Virus record (IMG/VR): IMGVR_UViG_3300047546_000864 | Location: 1-64,000 of that record | Length of the DNA stretch: 64,000 nt | Source: an uncultured virus (IMG/VR IMGVR_UViG_3300047546_000864) | Lineage: Duplodnaviria > Heunggongvirae > Uroviricota > Caudoviricetes > Kyanoviridae | Direction: 5' to 3' (one strand) | In this document: positions 18,841-27,414 of the stretch, one piece after another | How positions within the stretch are numbered: position 1 is the stretch's first letter | How the letters are laid out: every line of letters begins with the position of its first letter | The notes under the pieces: generated by a model | Told to the model about the DNA's origin: nothing | The model's input: the letters and a program-made list of their open reading frames with translations, nothing else | Databases searched by the model: none | Program-made: the position numbers and the translations under genes

Positions 18841-19926
18841 TTGTATGATTATCTAATTGTTGGTGCTGGTTTATTCGGTGCAACATTCGCAAGACTTGCT
18901 GCTGATAGTGGTAAGTCTTGTTTAGTCATTGATAAAAGGTCTCATATTGGTGGTAATTGTTATACAGAAAAGATAGAAGACATTCATATACACAAATACG
19001 GAGCACATATTTTTCATACAAGTAATGAAAAAGTATGGAACTTTGTAAATCGTTTTGCGTCTTTTAATTCTTTTATCAATTCACCCAAAGCATTTTCAAA
19101 GGGGAAGTTATATTCACTTCCTTTTAATATGAATACTTTTTATGAGTTATGGGGAGTTACAAATCCACAAGAAGCAAAAAAAATTATTGAAAAACAGACA
19201 CTTCAAATTAATCCAACCAATTTAGAAGAGCAAGCATTATATTTGGTTGGGTCTGATATTTACAACACTTTGATTAAAGAATATACAGAAAAGCAATGGG
19301 GTAAATCAGCAATAGAACTTCCCGCATTTATTATTAAAAGACTTCCATTGAGATTTACTTTTAACAATAATTACTTCAACGATAAGTATCAAGGTATTCC
19401 AACGGATGGATATACTCAAATGATAAACAAGATGTTGGATAATATTGAAGTCAAACTTAATACTGATTATTTTTCTAACAAAGAATACTTTAACTCAATT
19501 TCAAATCAAGTTGTTTATACTGGTTGTATTGATGAATTTTTTGATTATGAGTATGGAAGTCTTGAGTATCGTTCTTTAGACTTCAAAGAAGAATATCATT
19601 CTGTGGATAATTTTCAAGGCAATGCAGTCATTAATTACTGTGATAAATCATTTAATCATACCCGAATTATAGAGCATAAACATTTTCAATCTATTAATAC
19701 ACCTCATACAATAATTTCTTATGAGTATCCACAAGATTATCAAAAAGGAATGATTCCATATTACCCAATTAATAATGAAGATAATCAAAAGTTATATCAA
19801 TTATACAAAGACAAGTCCAAAATATTGACCAATTTTATATTTGGTGGTAGACTTTGTGAGTATAAGTATATGGACATGGACGCAACTATTAAGTCAGCAA
19901 TGAATAAGTTTGGAGATATTGAATGA
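18841..19926 (+). CDS. glf: UDP-galactopyranose mutase
   Basis: YDYLIVGAGLFG, HIGGNCY, HKYGAHIFHT, YTEKQWG, YQGIP..GYT, LEYRSL, PYYP, GGRL.EYKYMDMD. Confidence 0.95.
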   Translation: MYDYLIVGAGLFGATFARLAADSGKSCLVIDKRSHIGGNCYTEKIEDIHIHKYGAHIFHTSNEKVWNFVNRFASFNSFINSPKAFSKGKLYSLPFNMNTFYELWGVTNPQEAKKIIEKQTLQINPTNLEEQALYLVGSDIYNTLIKEYTEKQWGKSAIELPAFIIKRLPLRFTFNNNYFNDKYQGIPTDGYTQMINKMLDNIEVKLNTDYFSNKEYFNSISNQVVYTGCIDEFFDYEYGSLEYRSLDFKEEYHSVDNFQGNAVINYCDKSFNHTRIIEHKHFQSINTPHTIISYEYPQDYQKGMIPYYPINNEDNQKLYQLYKDKSKILTNFIFGGRLCEYKYMDMDATIKSAMNKFGDIE

Positions 19927-20675
19927 AAAAGAAGTGTGCCGTATTTACAACAGTAAAAAATGAAAGTATTTTTTTACCGATTTGGTTAAGGCATTATCAG
20001 CAGTATTTTAATAATCAAGACATTTATGTTCTAGACCATCATTCCACAGATGGGTCTACTTCAAATCTTCCAGTCAATGTAAGAACTGTTGCAAATGATT
20101 ATGTAAATGACCATGAGTGGTTAGTTAAAATTGCACAAGACTTTCAAAAAGAACTTTTGAAAGATTATGAGTGTGTGATTTTTGCAGAGAGTGATGAGAT
20201 TTTATACTCTCTTGAAAAACCATTCAATCAAACAATAGATGAGTTTATTGCTGGTGATGACTTATACCTAACCTTCAGTGGTTATAGTGTAATTCAAGAT
20301 ATTCAAAATGAACCTGCGCTTCAAACTGGAGATTTTATTTTTGAAAAAAGAAACATCTGGTATAAAGATGCTGCTGAAGATAAAACATTGATGTCTAAAA
20401 TTTCTCTTGAATGGAACTGGGGATTTCACTCACTGAAAGGTAAAAACAATAACTATCATCGTGATTGTTACATTGCACACCTTCATCGTTTTGATTTTGA
20501 GACGATGGTGAAAAGACATCAAGACCGCACAAGTTTTAAGCAAAAACAAGATGGCGGTGGAACTCATTGGAAATCAAATCAAAATGATATCTTTGAAGTT
20601 TTTCAACAAGTTGCATCTCAACCATTTTTAATTGCACAAGAGCATAAAAACTCTCTTAGGCACTTAACATATTGA
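19923..20675 (+). CDS. GT2-like glycosyltransferase
   Basis: TTVKNESIFLPIWLRHY, IYVLDHHSTDGS, FAESDE, WGFH. Confidence 0.7.
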   Translation: MKKKCAVFTTVKNESIFLPIWLRHYQQYFNNQDIYVLDHHSTDGSTSNLPVNVRTVANDYVNDHEWLVKIAQDFQKELLKDYECVIFAESDEILYSLEKPFNQTIDEFIAGDDLYLTFSGYSVIQDIQNEPALQTGDFIFEKRNIWYKDAAEDKTLMSKISLEWNWGFHSLKGKNNNYHRDCYIAHLHRFDFETMVKRHQDRTSFKQKQDGGGTHWKSNQNDIFEVFQQVASQPFLIAQEHKNSLRHLTY

Positions 20676-20704
20676 TAAATAAAAAAAAAACAAAATATAA
20701 AACT

Positions 20705-21073
20705 ATGGCAACTGAAACGACAACGCTTACTCTACCTTTAAATCATCTTTACTATTTGACTGCTGATGGTAATAATGATACTGGATATACTCTAGAAGAA
20801 GTCCAGGCTCTTATTGATGAGAAGGGTGGAGAATTTGAAATTGAAGCAACGATTACTCATCCAGTTCCACCTCCTTATACTGTAGAAGGGGATATCGCAG
20901 CTCATCAAGAAAGAATTACAAATAATGAACAATACTTAACCACTCTTAGAGAAGAACTTTCTGGTCTTGAAGAAGGGACTGATGAATATACTCGTCTTGA
21001 AGAGCAAATTGCTGCTGTTGAGGCAGATATTCAAAATTCCAAAGACTATATTCAGTCTTTACAAACCACTTGA
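20705..21073 (+). CDS. Hypothetical acidic protein with C-terminal coiled coil
   Basis: Open frame preceded by ATAAATA. Start placed at ATG 20705. Confidence 0.6.
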   Translation: MATETTTLTLPLNHLYYLTADGNNDTGYTLEEVQALIDEKGGEFEIEATITHPVPPPYTVEGDIAAHQERITNNEQYLTTLREELSGLEEGTDEYTRLEEQIAAVEADIQNSKDYIQSLQTT

Positions 21074-21098
21074 CTTTTTTGTGAAAATACCTTATAAT
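21070..21098 (+). promoter_or_regulatory. Sigma70-type promoter
   Basis: TTGACT-N17-TATAAT. Confidence 0.8.
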
Positions 21099-21103
21099 AT
21101 TCA

Positions 21104-21204
21104 AGTCTTCAATATCCTTGTAACTTTGGGAATGAAGACCCTCTCTGTGGTGGGAGAGGTGAGTTGGTGGTATAATGAGAGGAGGATTTTACCTCCTCTT
21201 TTTT
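21104..21204 (+). ncRNA. Candidate ~100-nt small RNA with three hairpins
   Basis: Starts just after the promoter. Stems GTCTTCA/TGAAGAC (21105-21139) and CCTCTC/GAGAGG (21140-21159), then a terminator. No credible ORF. Confidence 0.55.
21177..21204 (+). terminator. Intrinsic terminator
   Basis: GAGAGGAGG-atttta-CCTCCTCTT followed by a T run. Confidence 0.8.
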
Positions 21205-21244
21205 CTTATAAATTATATTAAATCTTATTTTGTCTTGTTCAGAT

Positions 21245-21481
21245 ATGAATTTCACTGTATATTCAAAAGATAATTGTCCTTATTGTTACAAGGTCAAACA
21301 AGTATTAGAGTTGACGGGAAGCAACTTTGTAGTGTATAATCTTGATGAGCACTTCACCAAAGATGAATTTTATGCTGAGTTTGGTGAAGGAACTACATTC
21401 CCTCAAGTTATCTGTGATAATCAAAAATTGGGTGGGTGTACGGACACTGTAAAATTCCTGAAAGAAAAACAAATTGTCTGA
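21245..21481 (+). CDS. nrdC: Glutaredoxin
   Basis: VYSKDNCPYC, TFPQV, LGGCTD. Confidence 0.92.
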   Translation: MNFTVYSKDNCPYCYKVKQVLELTGSNFVVYNLDEHFTKDEFYAEFGEGTTFPQVICDNQKLGGCTDTVKFLKEKQIV

Positions 21482-21689
21482 TACGAACATAAATAAGTTT
21501 AACCACAGGAATCGTGGTGTTGAAATTTTTCTAAATGGAGGGAAAAGAAAGCAACCCAAATACTTCCACATTATTTTTCAGAAATTGGTTTGCTTTCTCC
21601 ATCGGGAAGTAACCATCTATTTTGAATTTTCTTTAGATGTAAAGAAAAAAACAGTAGTTTCCCGGAGAAAGAAAAATGCTCGCAGTTAG
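21474..21689 (+). CDS. Hypothetical protein
   Basis: ORF bridging nrdC and the next gene with overlapping start/stop; TTG start. Confidence 0.45.
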   Translation: MSDTNINKFNHRNRGVEIFLNGGKRKQPKYFHIIFQKLVCFLHREVTIYFEFSLDVKKKTVVSRRKKNARS

Positions 21690-21903
21690 CCTAGTTTTCG
21701 GTTCATTTTTAACCGTTTTGTTTCTTATAGTGGGACTTGTAACTGGTTGGGTAGCAAGAGAATATATGATGAACTATCGGGAAATTCCTAGACCTCATCC
21801 TGAGATGTTCGACCAACAAGGTAATCTTATACCTGACGAAGTAATTGCATTTAATTTTGAAAACTATTATGACTACGACACAGAAGAAGACGACGACGCC
21901 TAA
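21676..21903 (+). CDS. Small membrane protein, cyanophage-type hypothetical
   Basis: N-terminal hydrophobic helix, HPEMFD..GN.IPDE motif, acidic tail. Confidence 0.7.
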   Translation: MLAVSLVFGSFLTVLFLIVGLVTGWVAREYMMNYREIPRPHPEMFDQQGNLIPDEVIAFNFENYYDYDTEEDDDA

Positions 21904-22483
21904 AGCAAAGGTAGTTCAGACAAAAAAACCCACAACTCCAGCAGTTGTAGATAATCTCCCATCAAATCCTTTTACATTTGAGATTTTTGATCTTGTATCA
22001 AGGCAAAGGTCAAATGCTAAAAAGGTGGAGATCCTTAAAAAGTATGAGCATCCATCGTTGAAAGCAGTTCTCATTTGGAACTTTGATGAGACTGTAATTT
22101 CAATGCTTCCTGAAGGACCAGTTCCTTACTCAGGATACTCGGATCAAACTTCCTACAATGGAACCTTAAGCACTAAAATCACTGAGGAAGTCCGTAAGAT
22201 GCACGAGACTGGATCCTTCTCTCTTGGATCTAGTGATAATCAGGGACGTACAACAATCCGTAAAGAGTTCAAGAACTTCTATCACTTTGTAAAAGGTGGT
22301 AATGATGGACTGAATAATATTCGTAGAGAATCAATGTTCATTTCAATCCTTGAAGGGCTTCATCCTCTTGAAGCAGAAATTGTTTGCCTTGTAAAGGATA
22401 AAAAACTTGGTGATAAGTATAAGATCACAAAAGAGATCGTTGCTGAAGCTTATCCAGATATTCATTGGGGAGGTCGTTCGTGA
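21869..22483 (+). CDS. Conserved T4-like phage hypothetical protein
   Basis: WNFD..LPEG.VPY, RRESMFISILEGLHPLEAE, YKITK motifs. Confidence 0.7.
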   Translation: MTTTQKKTTTPKAKVVQTKKPTTPAVVDNLPSNPFTFEIFDLVSRQRSNAKKVEILKKYEHPSLKAVLIWNFDETVISMLPEGPVPYSGYSDQTSYNGTLSTKITEEVRKMHETGSFSLGSSDNQGRTTIRKEFKNFYHFVKGGNDGLNNIRRESMFISILEGLHPLEAEIVCLVKDKKLGDKYKITKEIVAEAYPDIHWGGRS

Positions 22484-22833
22484 GTCAAGTTCGTGATGTA
22501 ACTCAAACACCACAAAATATAGAAAAGCATATGGACCACTGGACATCAGCAGAAAAAGAAACCTGTAAGTCACGCTACGGATGTGATATTCTAATTGAAA
22601 ACAGTTCTTATGCTGAAGTCTGTACGAAAGATGCACCCAACGATGCTTATATCATCAAGTATTCTGTGGATGATAAAATTTGTTTTGATCTTACAAGAGG
22701 AACAAGAGTTCGTTTGTTTGATATGTACTGGGACAAGTTTCGTGGGAATCTGAAGAGTATTGACTTTGGATATGGGCGAGTCAATCCAAAACTGTGGGGT
22801 TACAAGTCACCCGAAAAGAAAAAGCGAAAGTGA
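22480..22833 (+). CDS. Hypothetical protein
   Basis: Open frame overlapping the previous stop; GYGRVNPKLWG motif. Confidence 0.6.
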   Translation: MSQVRDVTQTPQNIEKHMDHWTSAEKETCKSRYGCDILIENSSYAEVCTKDAPNDAYIIKYSVDDKICFDLTRGTRVRLFDMYWDKFRGNLKSIDFGYGRVNPKLWGYKSPEKKKRK

Positions 22834-22842
22834 TTTACCAAA

Positions 22843-22871
22843 TGCTGGGAAAAATTCCCGGCAATTTTTTT
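22843..22871 (+). terminator. Intrinsic terminator
   Basis: TGCTGGGAA-aaa-TTCCCGGCA then ATTTTTTT. Confidence 0.75.
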
Positions 22872-22893
22872 GTCCCTTAAGATTTTATAAAAT

Positions 22894-22909
22894 TGTAACA
22901 AATATTACA
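22894..22909. promoter_or_regulatory. NtcA-box-like palindrome
   Basis: TGTA-acaaatat-TACA matches GTA-N8-TAC. Confidence 0.45.
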
Positions 22910-22932
22910 AAAAAACTTATATAATTATAGGG

Positions 22933-22961
22933 TTGATCCCCTCCTTTTTTTATGCTAAAAT
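22933..22961 (+). promoter_or_regulatory. Sigma70-type promoter
   Basis: TTGATC-N17-TAAAAT with extended TG. Confidence 0.6.
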
Positions 22962-22982
22962 CCTGAGAGAGAATGGTATCTT

Positions 22983-23156
22983 ATGGACAAGGACAAACTA
23001 AAACTGATTGTCCGTAATCTTGAATTATTGGTTGATTCTCTGAAAGCAGAAGTTTATTCTGATACATCTGCATACAAATACACAGAACCAGATGTGAGAA
23101 AAAGACCGATTTTAGATTACGACGAAATTTTTGAGGACTCTGATTTAGATGACTAG
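22983..23156 (+). CDS. Small hypothetical protein (57 aa)
   Basis: Read by hand: MDKDKLKLIVRNLELLVDSLKAEVYSD...FEDSDLDD. Confidence 0.7.
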   Translation: MDKDKLKLIVRNLELLVDSLKAEVYSDTSAYKYTEPDVRKRPILDYDEIFEDSDLDD

Positions 23157-23316
23157 TAGAGCACGGAAACTTATAAAGTTGCTTGAACGCCTTGTGAAGC
23201 AAGAGCATCTTTATACAGATGAAAAAATTTTAGAAATGAAACAACAACTGCGAGCACTAAAAGAAGAACTCGCAGAACTCGAAGCAAAAACATCAAAAGG
23301 ATTTGGAAAGAAATGA
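23149..23316 (+). CDS. Small coiled-coil hypothetical protein (55 aa)
   Basis: Read by hand: MTSRARKLIKLLERL...SKGFGKK. Stop overlaps the thyX ATG (ATGA). Confidence 0.7.
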   Translation: MTSRARKLIKLLERLVKQEHLYTDEKILEMKQQLRALKEELAELEAKTSKGFGKK

Positions 23317-23948
23317 CTGTAAAACTTATTTCGGTGACTCCCGATGCAGAAAAAACAATGGCGTATATTGCGCGAGTTTCTAATCCTGCGAATCAAGACA
23401 ACGAAAACTATGCCAAGTTGCTTGCTTATTGTATTAATCACAATCATTGGTCTGTTTTTGAACAGTCTTCTATGACTCTTGAGATTGAAACAAATCGTGG
23501 AATCGCAGCTCAAATCCTTCGTCACCGTTCATTTACATATCAAGAATTTTCGCAACGGTATGCTGATACTTCTCTGATTTCCGAATACATTCCTGTACCA
23601 GAACTTCGTCGTCAGGATACTAAGAATCGTCAGAACTCAATTGATGATATTCCTGAGTATGAGAAACTGACTTTGCAGAGTAAAATTCAAGAGCATTTTG
23701 CACAGTCTATGCGCCTCTACAAGGAACTTCTTGCTCACGGAGTAGCAAAGGAGTGTTCAAGGTTTGTATTGCCCTTGGCGACGCCCACACGCATCTATAT
23801 GACCGGTTCTTGCCGTTCGTGGATACATTATATCAATCTGCGTTCTGCAAACGGTACTCAGAAAGAGCATATGGATATTGCACTTGCTTGCAAAGAAGTT
23901 TTTAAGGAGCAATTCCCCTCAGTGTCTGAAGCTCTAGAGTGGATCTAA
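23313..23948 (+). CDS. thyX: Flavin-dependent thymidylate synthase
   Basis: HWSVFEQ, QILRHRSFTYQEFSQRY (RHRxxxxxxxSxR motif), GVAKECSRFVLP. Confidence 0.95.
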   Translation: MTVKLISVTPDAEKTMAYIARVSNPANQDNENYAKLLAYCINHNHWSVFEQSSMTLEIETNRGIAAQILRHRSFTYQEFSQRYADTSLISEYIPVPELRRQDTKNRQNSIDDIPEYEKLTLQSKIQEHFAQSMRLYKELLAHGVAKECSRFVLPLATPTRIYMTGSCRSWIHYINLRSANGTQKEHMDIALACKEVFKEQFPSVSEALEWI

Positions 23949-23974
23949 ATAAATTATCTTGAATTCGTAACTTT

Positions 23975-24214
23975 ATGCCGACCTATAGATTTGAAAATAC
24001 AGAAACTGGTGAAATCTTTGAAAAATGGATGCTTATGGCAGAAAAGGAACCATATCTTAAAGAAAATCCTCACCTTAAACCACTTATTCCAACACAAATG
24101 AATGTTGGTGAAGTGGGTGATTGGAGGAATAAACTCACCTCCAAACATCCTTCCTGGAACACTGTCCTTGAAAAAGCCAGCAGAGCTCCAGGATCAACAG
24201 TAAAAAAATTATAA
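23975..24214 (+). CDS. Conserved T4-like small protein (MPTY-type, FmdB-like N-terminus)
   Basis: MPTYRFENTETGEIFE...YLKENPHL; TAAATA motif upstream. Confidence 0.7.
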   Translation: MPTYRFENTETGEIFEKWMLMAEKEPYLKENPHLKPLIPTQMNVGEVGDWRNKLTSKHPSWNTVLEKASRAPGSTVKKL

Positions 24215-24262
24215 ACCAGGTTATAATATAAATAATTTAAACATTCCAACCTGGTTTATAAT
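24208..24262 (+). promoter_or_regulatory. 15-bp perfect inverted repeat enclosing late promoter TATAAATA, ending directly before the endonuclease ATG
   Basis: ATTATAAACCAGGTT (24208-24222) / AACCTGGTTTATAAT (24248-24262); TATAAATA at 24227-24234. Confidence 0.85.
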
Positions 24263-24862
24263 ATGACTAGAGAATATAAAAAACACCCTGAGATAAAGGT
24301 GGGCGATAAATTTTATCATCTTGAAGTTATATCTAATCCTTTTTATGAAACTTATTCAAATGGCAGAAAAAGAAAAAAACTTTTGTGTAGATGTGTTTGT
24401 GGAACAGAAAAAGTTTTTAGATATGATAGTTTTGTGTGTAAAAATGAACTAGACAGAGCAAAAAGTTGTGGTTGCAAACATACTTACAGAAACAACTTTA
24501 ATGCTCAAAAAAGAAGAAAACCAGAAAGTGTCTATAGATACATTTACGAACAATATCAATCTGGAGCAAAAACTAGAAATATAAATTTTGATTTATCAAA
24601 AGAAGAATATCTTGAAATTATTAAACGAAATTGTTATTATTGTGGTTCAGAACCAGAGTTAAAGCAACCTCACAGAGGTAGGGGGAAATATGTAGGTGTT
24701 CCTGTTCCTTACAATGGAATTGACCGAATAGATAGTATGAGAGGATATGAAAAAGAAAATTGTGTCCCCTGTTGTACTAAATGTAACTATATGAAAAGTG
24801 ATATGAATGTTTCTTCATTTATGAACCATATTTTAAAAATAGCAAATCATCAAAAACTCTAA
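24263..24862 (+). mobile_element. Free-standing HNH-type homing endonuclease
   Basis: CRCVCG..KSCGC N-terminus; CYYCG, NGIDRIDS..GY..NCVPCC..CN..K nuclease motif; AT-rich; sits between core genes. Confidence 0.8.
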
Positions 24863-24863
24863 T

Positions 24864-25619
24864 ATGGCTAGAAGAAAAAGGACGAACGACCAACCAATAG
24901 GGGTTGGTTTAACAACCCGTCAAATGAAGCGTAGAAAACCATTAAGTTCTGAATATCTTGTAGATATTGAACCACTCACAGATAATCAAAAAAGATTATT
25001 TGATTCTTATAAAGACCAAAAGCATATCGTCGCTTATGGGTGCGCTGGAACTGGTAAGACTTTTATCACACTCTATAATGCTATTCAAGATGTATTGAAC
25101 GAAAGAAGTCCTTACGAAAAAGTCTACATTGTTCGTTCTTTAGTTGCTACTCGTGAAATTGGATTTCTTCCTGGTTCTCACGATGATAAGGCAGACATCT
25201 ACCAGATTCCCTATAAGAATATGGTGAAGTATATGTTCCAAATGCCTAGCGACAGCGAGTTTGAAATGCTTTATGGAAATCTTAAAGCACAAGAAACGAT
25301 TAAGTTCTGGTCAACTTCATTCCTTCGTGGAACAACTTTGGATAATTCCATTATCATTGTAGATGAATTCCAAAACCTCAATTTCCACGAATTAGATTCA
25401 ATCATCACTCGTGTTGGTGAAAATACTAAAATTTGTTTCTGTGGTGATGCTTCTCAGTCTGACTTGCAGAAAACAAATGAACGCAATGGTATTGTAGACT
25501 TTATGACGGTATTGCGTAAAATGCCTTCCTTTGATATAATTGAATTTGGTGTAGATGATATTGTCCGCTCTGGACTTGTTAAAGAATACATCCTTGCAAA
25601 AATGGAAGCTGGTTTTTGA
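24864..25619 (+). CDS. phoH: PhoH family ATPase
   Basis: G.AGTGKT, IGFLPG, SFLRGTT, IIVDEFQN, GDASQSDL, DIVRSGLV. Confidence 0.95.
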   Translation: MARRKRTNDQPIGVGLTTRQMKRRKPLSSEYLVDIEPLTDNQKRLFDSYKDQKHIVAYGCAGTGKTFITLYNAIQDVLNERSPYEKVYIVRSLVATREIGFLPGSHDDKADIYQIPYKNMVKYMFQMPSDSEFEMLYGNLKAQETIKFWSTSFLRGTTLDNSIIIVDEFQNLNFHELDSIITRVGENTKICFCGDASQSDLQKTNERNGIVDFMTVLRKMPSFDIIEFGVDDIVRSGLVKEYILAKMEAGF

Positions 25620-26299
25620 TGTTCAAACATATTGATATTGACCTCCCCGACCTTGAAAGGGAGACTATTGATGGTGTAAGGTATTACAAAGTTCCCACAG
25701 AAGAAGAACTTCTCCGACTGGTCTCCATCACTTCGGTGACCAGTCATTTTAATAAAGAAATTTTTGTTAATTGGAGAAAGAAAGTTGGGAATGAAGAGGC
25801 AGAGCGTATCACAAAAGCGGCAACAAGTCGTGGAACTGATATGCATACTCTTGTAGAGAATTATCTTTACAATAAAAATCTGCCCCCCGTTCAACCAATA
25901 TCTGACTTTCTGTTTAAGATTGCAAAGACAGATTTAAATCGTATAAATAATATTTACGCCCTTGAAGGGTCTTTATATAGTAAACAACTAGGCATTGCTG
26001 GAACTGTTGACTGCATTGCCGAATACGATGGTGAACTAGCAATAATCGACTTTAAGACTTCTAAAAAACCAAAACCACGAGAGTGGATCGAACATTATTT
26101 TGTTCAATGTATGGCTTACGGATGTATGCTATACGAACTGACTGGTATTTCAGTCAAAAAACTTGTAATCATTATGGCTTGTGAAAATGGAGAATGCGTC
26201 GTCTATGAAGAACGAAACAAATCAAAATACATCAAACTTCTCACAGAATACATTAGAAAGTTTGTTAGAGATAAACTGGAACTCTATGGAAACGAATAA
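25619..26299 (+). CDS. PD-(D/E)XK exonuclease (Cas4-like fold, T4-like phage)
   Basis: SITSV, RGTDMH, AGTVDCIAE...IIDFKTS, YFVQ..AY. Confidence 0.85.
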   Translation: MFKHIDIDLPDLERETIDGVRYYKVPTEEELLRLVSITSVTSHFNKEIFVNWRKKVGNEEAERITKAATSRGTDMHTLVENYLYNKNLPPVQPISDFLFKIAKTDLNRINNIYALEGSLYSKQLGIAGTVDCIAEYDGELAIIDFKTSKKPKPREWIEHYFVQCMAYGCMLYELTGISVKKLVIIMACENGECVVYEERNKSKYIKLLTEYIRKFVRDKLELYGNE

Positions 26300-26546
26300 A
26301 GAACTAGAACAAGTTATTGAGAACAAGTTTCTAACTCCTTCCAAGTTTGCTCTTGAGATTGAAAAGATTGTTGTTGAAGAAAACCTCAATTATATTGATG
26401 CGATTGTTCATTATTGCGAAATCAATAATCTTGAAGTAGAATCAGTAACAAAACTCATTTCAAAACCTTTAAAGGAACGGTTAAAGTGGGACGCTATTCG
26501 TCTTAACTTTATGAAGAAAACATCGCGTGCGAAGTTGCCCCTATGA
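26286..26546 (+). CDS. gp33: Late-transcription coactivator gp33
   Basis: FALEIE, YIDAIVHYCE, LISKPLKE.L..A..LNF; synteny with gp59/gp32. Confidence 0.85.
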   Translation: METNKELEQVIENKFLTPSKFALEIEKIVVEENLNYIDAIVHYCEINNLEVESVTKLISKPLKERLKWDAIRLNFMKKTSRAKLPL

Positions 26547-26752
26547 TTTCTCGTGATGAACTAATGCACCATCGCCTTCAAGCTTGGTTGCGTGAAAATA
26601 AATCGAATGACTTAGAATATCTTGGTTATTATCCAGATACTTTGGGTCTCAATCAACACTGGTATCGTATTGGTGAACACCAAGTCACAGTTGATTGTAT
26701 TGAAGATATTGAATTTGCTGGATTTGTAGATGCTGAAAGTGACACCCTTTGA
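26543..26752 (+). CDS. Hypothetical protein
   Basis: ORF overlapping both neighbours. Confidence 0.55.
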   Translation: MISRDELMHHRLQAWLRENKSNDLEYLGYYPDTLGLNQHWYRIGEHQVTVDCIEDIEFAGFVDAESDTL

Positions 26753-27326
26753 AACCTATCAACATTATTTGTCTTTAAAAAATCATTTCACAAACCCCAA
26801 ATACGACTTCTTTAAGTATGGTGCGAAGACTCGTGCGAGTATGACTTCGTTTAATCGACGCAAAGATAAATATTTTTTCGAACGCACAAGTCGCAAATTT
26901 TCAGATAAAGAAATTATAGATTTTCTAGTATCAAACTTTGTATCAGCAGATAACCCACAGAACTTATGGATTGGAGAAATTATCAATTCTGGAGAAAGAA
27001 CATACTCAGAGTGGATGCGAAGACAACAGAGTTTGAGTTACTTATTCAAAGAACAAAGCAGCGAATTGTTCTTGGGGACAAAATTAGAGGATGCTTTGAA
27101 TTGTTCAAAGGGGCATCCAATAGTCCTCAAAAAGTTTCTAAGCGGGCAGTTATCGCTAGAAACTTTAACAATCTACGAAAAAATATTCCGTTTCTCCGTA
27201 GATTTTGATAAGAAACTTTTGGACCCAGTGTGGGAGTGTGTTTCCTTAAAGATTAAGAAGTATTCTCCTTTCATTCAAGTAGATATTTCTAGTTATAAAA
27301 AAATACTCAAAGAAATAATTTTATAA
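26730..27326 (+). CDS. gp59: Helicase loader gp59
   Basis: YLSLKNHF..YDFFKY, F..RKDKYFF; position upstream of gp32. Confidence 0.85.
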   Translation: MLKVTPFETYQHYLSLKNHFTNPKYDFFKYGAKTRASMTSFNRRKDKYFFERTSRKFSDKEIIDFLVSNFVSADNPQNLWIGEIINSGERTYSEWMRRQQSLSYLFKEQSSELFLGTKLEDALNCSKGHPIVLKKFLSGQLSLETLTIYEKIFRFSVDFDKKLLDPVWECVSLKIKKYSPFIQVDISSYKKILKEIIL

Positions 27327-27328
27327 TT

Positions 27329-27405
27329 GGCGGGCAGCAAAGTCGGGTAGGGGTATTTGACTTGTGTAAGTCCCGCCTTTACAATATAAATAGTATTACC
27401 CCTAC
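27329..27405 (+). promoter_or_regulatory. Structured leader with alternative pairing around a late promoter
   Basis: GGCGGG/CCCGCC outer stem; AAGTCGGGTA-GGGG-TATTTGACTT inner stem; GTAGGGGTA (27347-27355) complementary to TACCCCTAC (27397-27405); TATAAATA at 27385-27392. Confidence 0.7.
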
Positions 27406-27414
27406 TAAAAGAAT

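Noticed and set aside
20681..20690. A10 tract as a phase-variation switch
   Set aside because: It lies in an AT-rich leader upstream of the likely start (20705), so it would not shift a reading frame.
24215..24862. Group I intron carrying the HNH gene (also considered for the 27.3-27.7, 31.7-32.4 and 44.3-44.9 kb inserts)
   Set aside because: The flanking genes are complete, the non-coding space is too short for a ribozyme core, and no P7-type motifs were seen.
25619..26299. Cas4 as evidence of a CRISPR system
   Set aside because: This is the standard T4-like phage exonuclease in its usual phoH-gp33 context.
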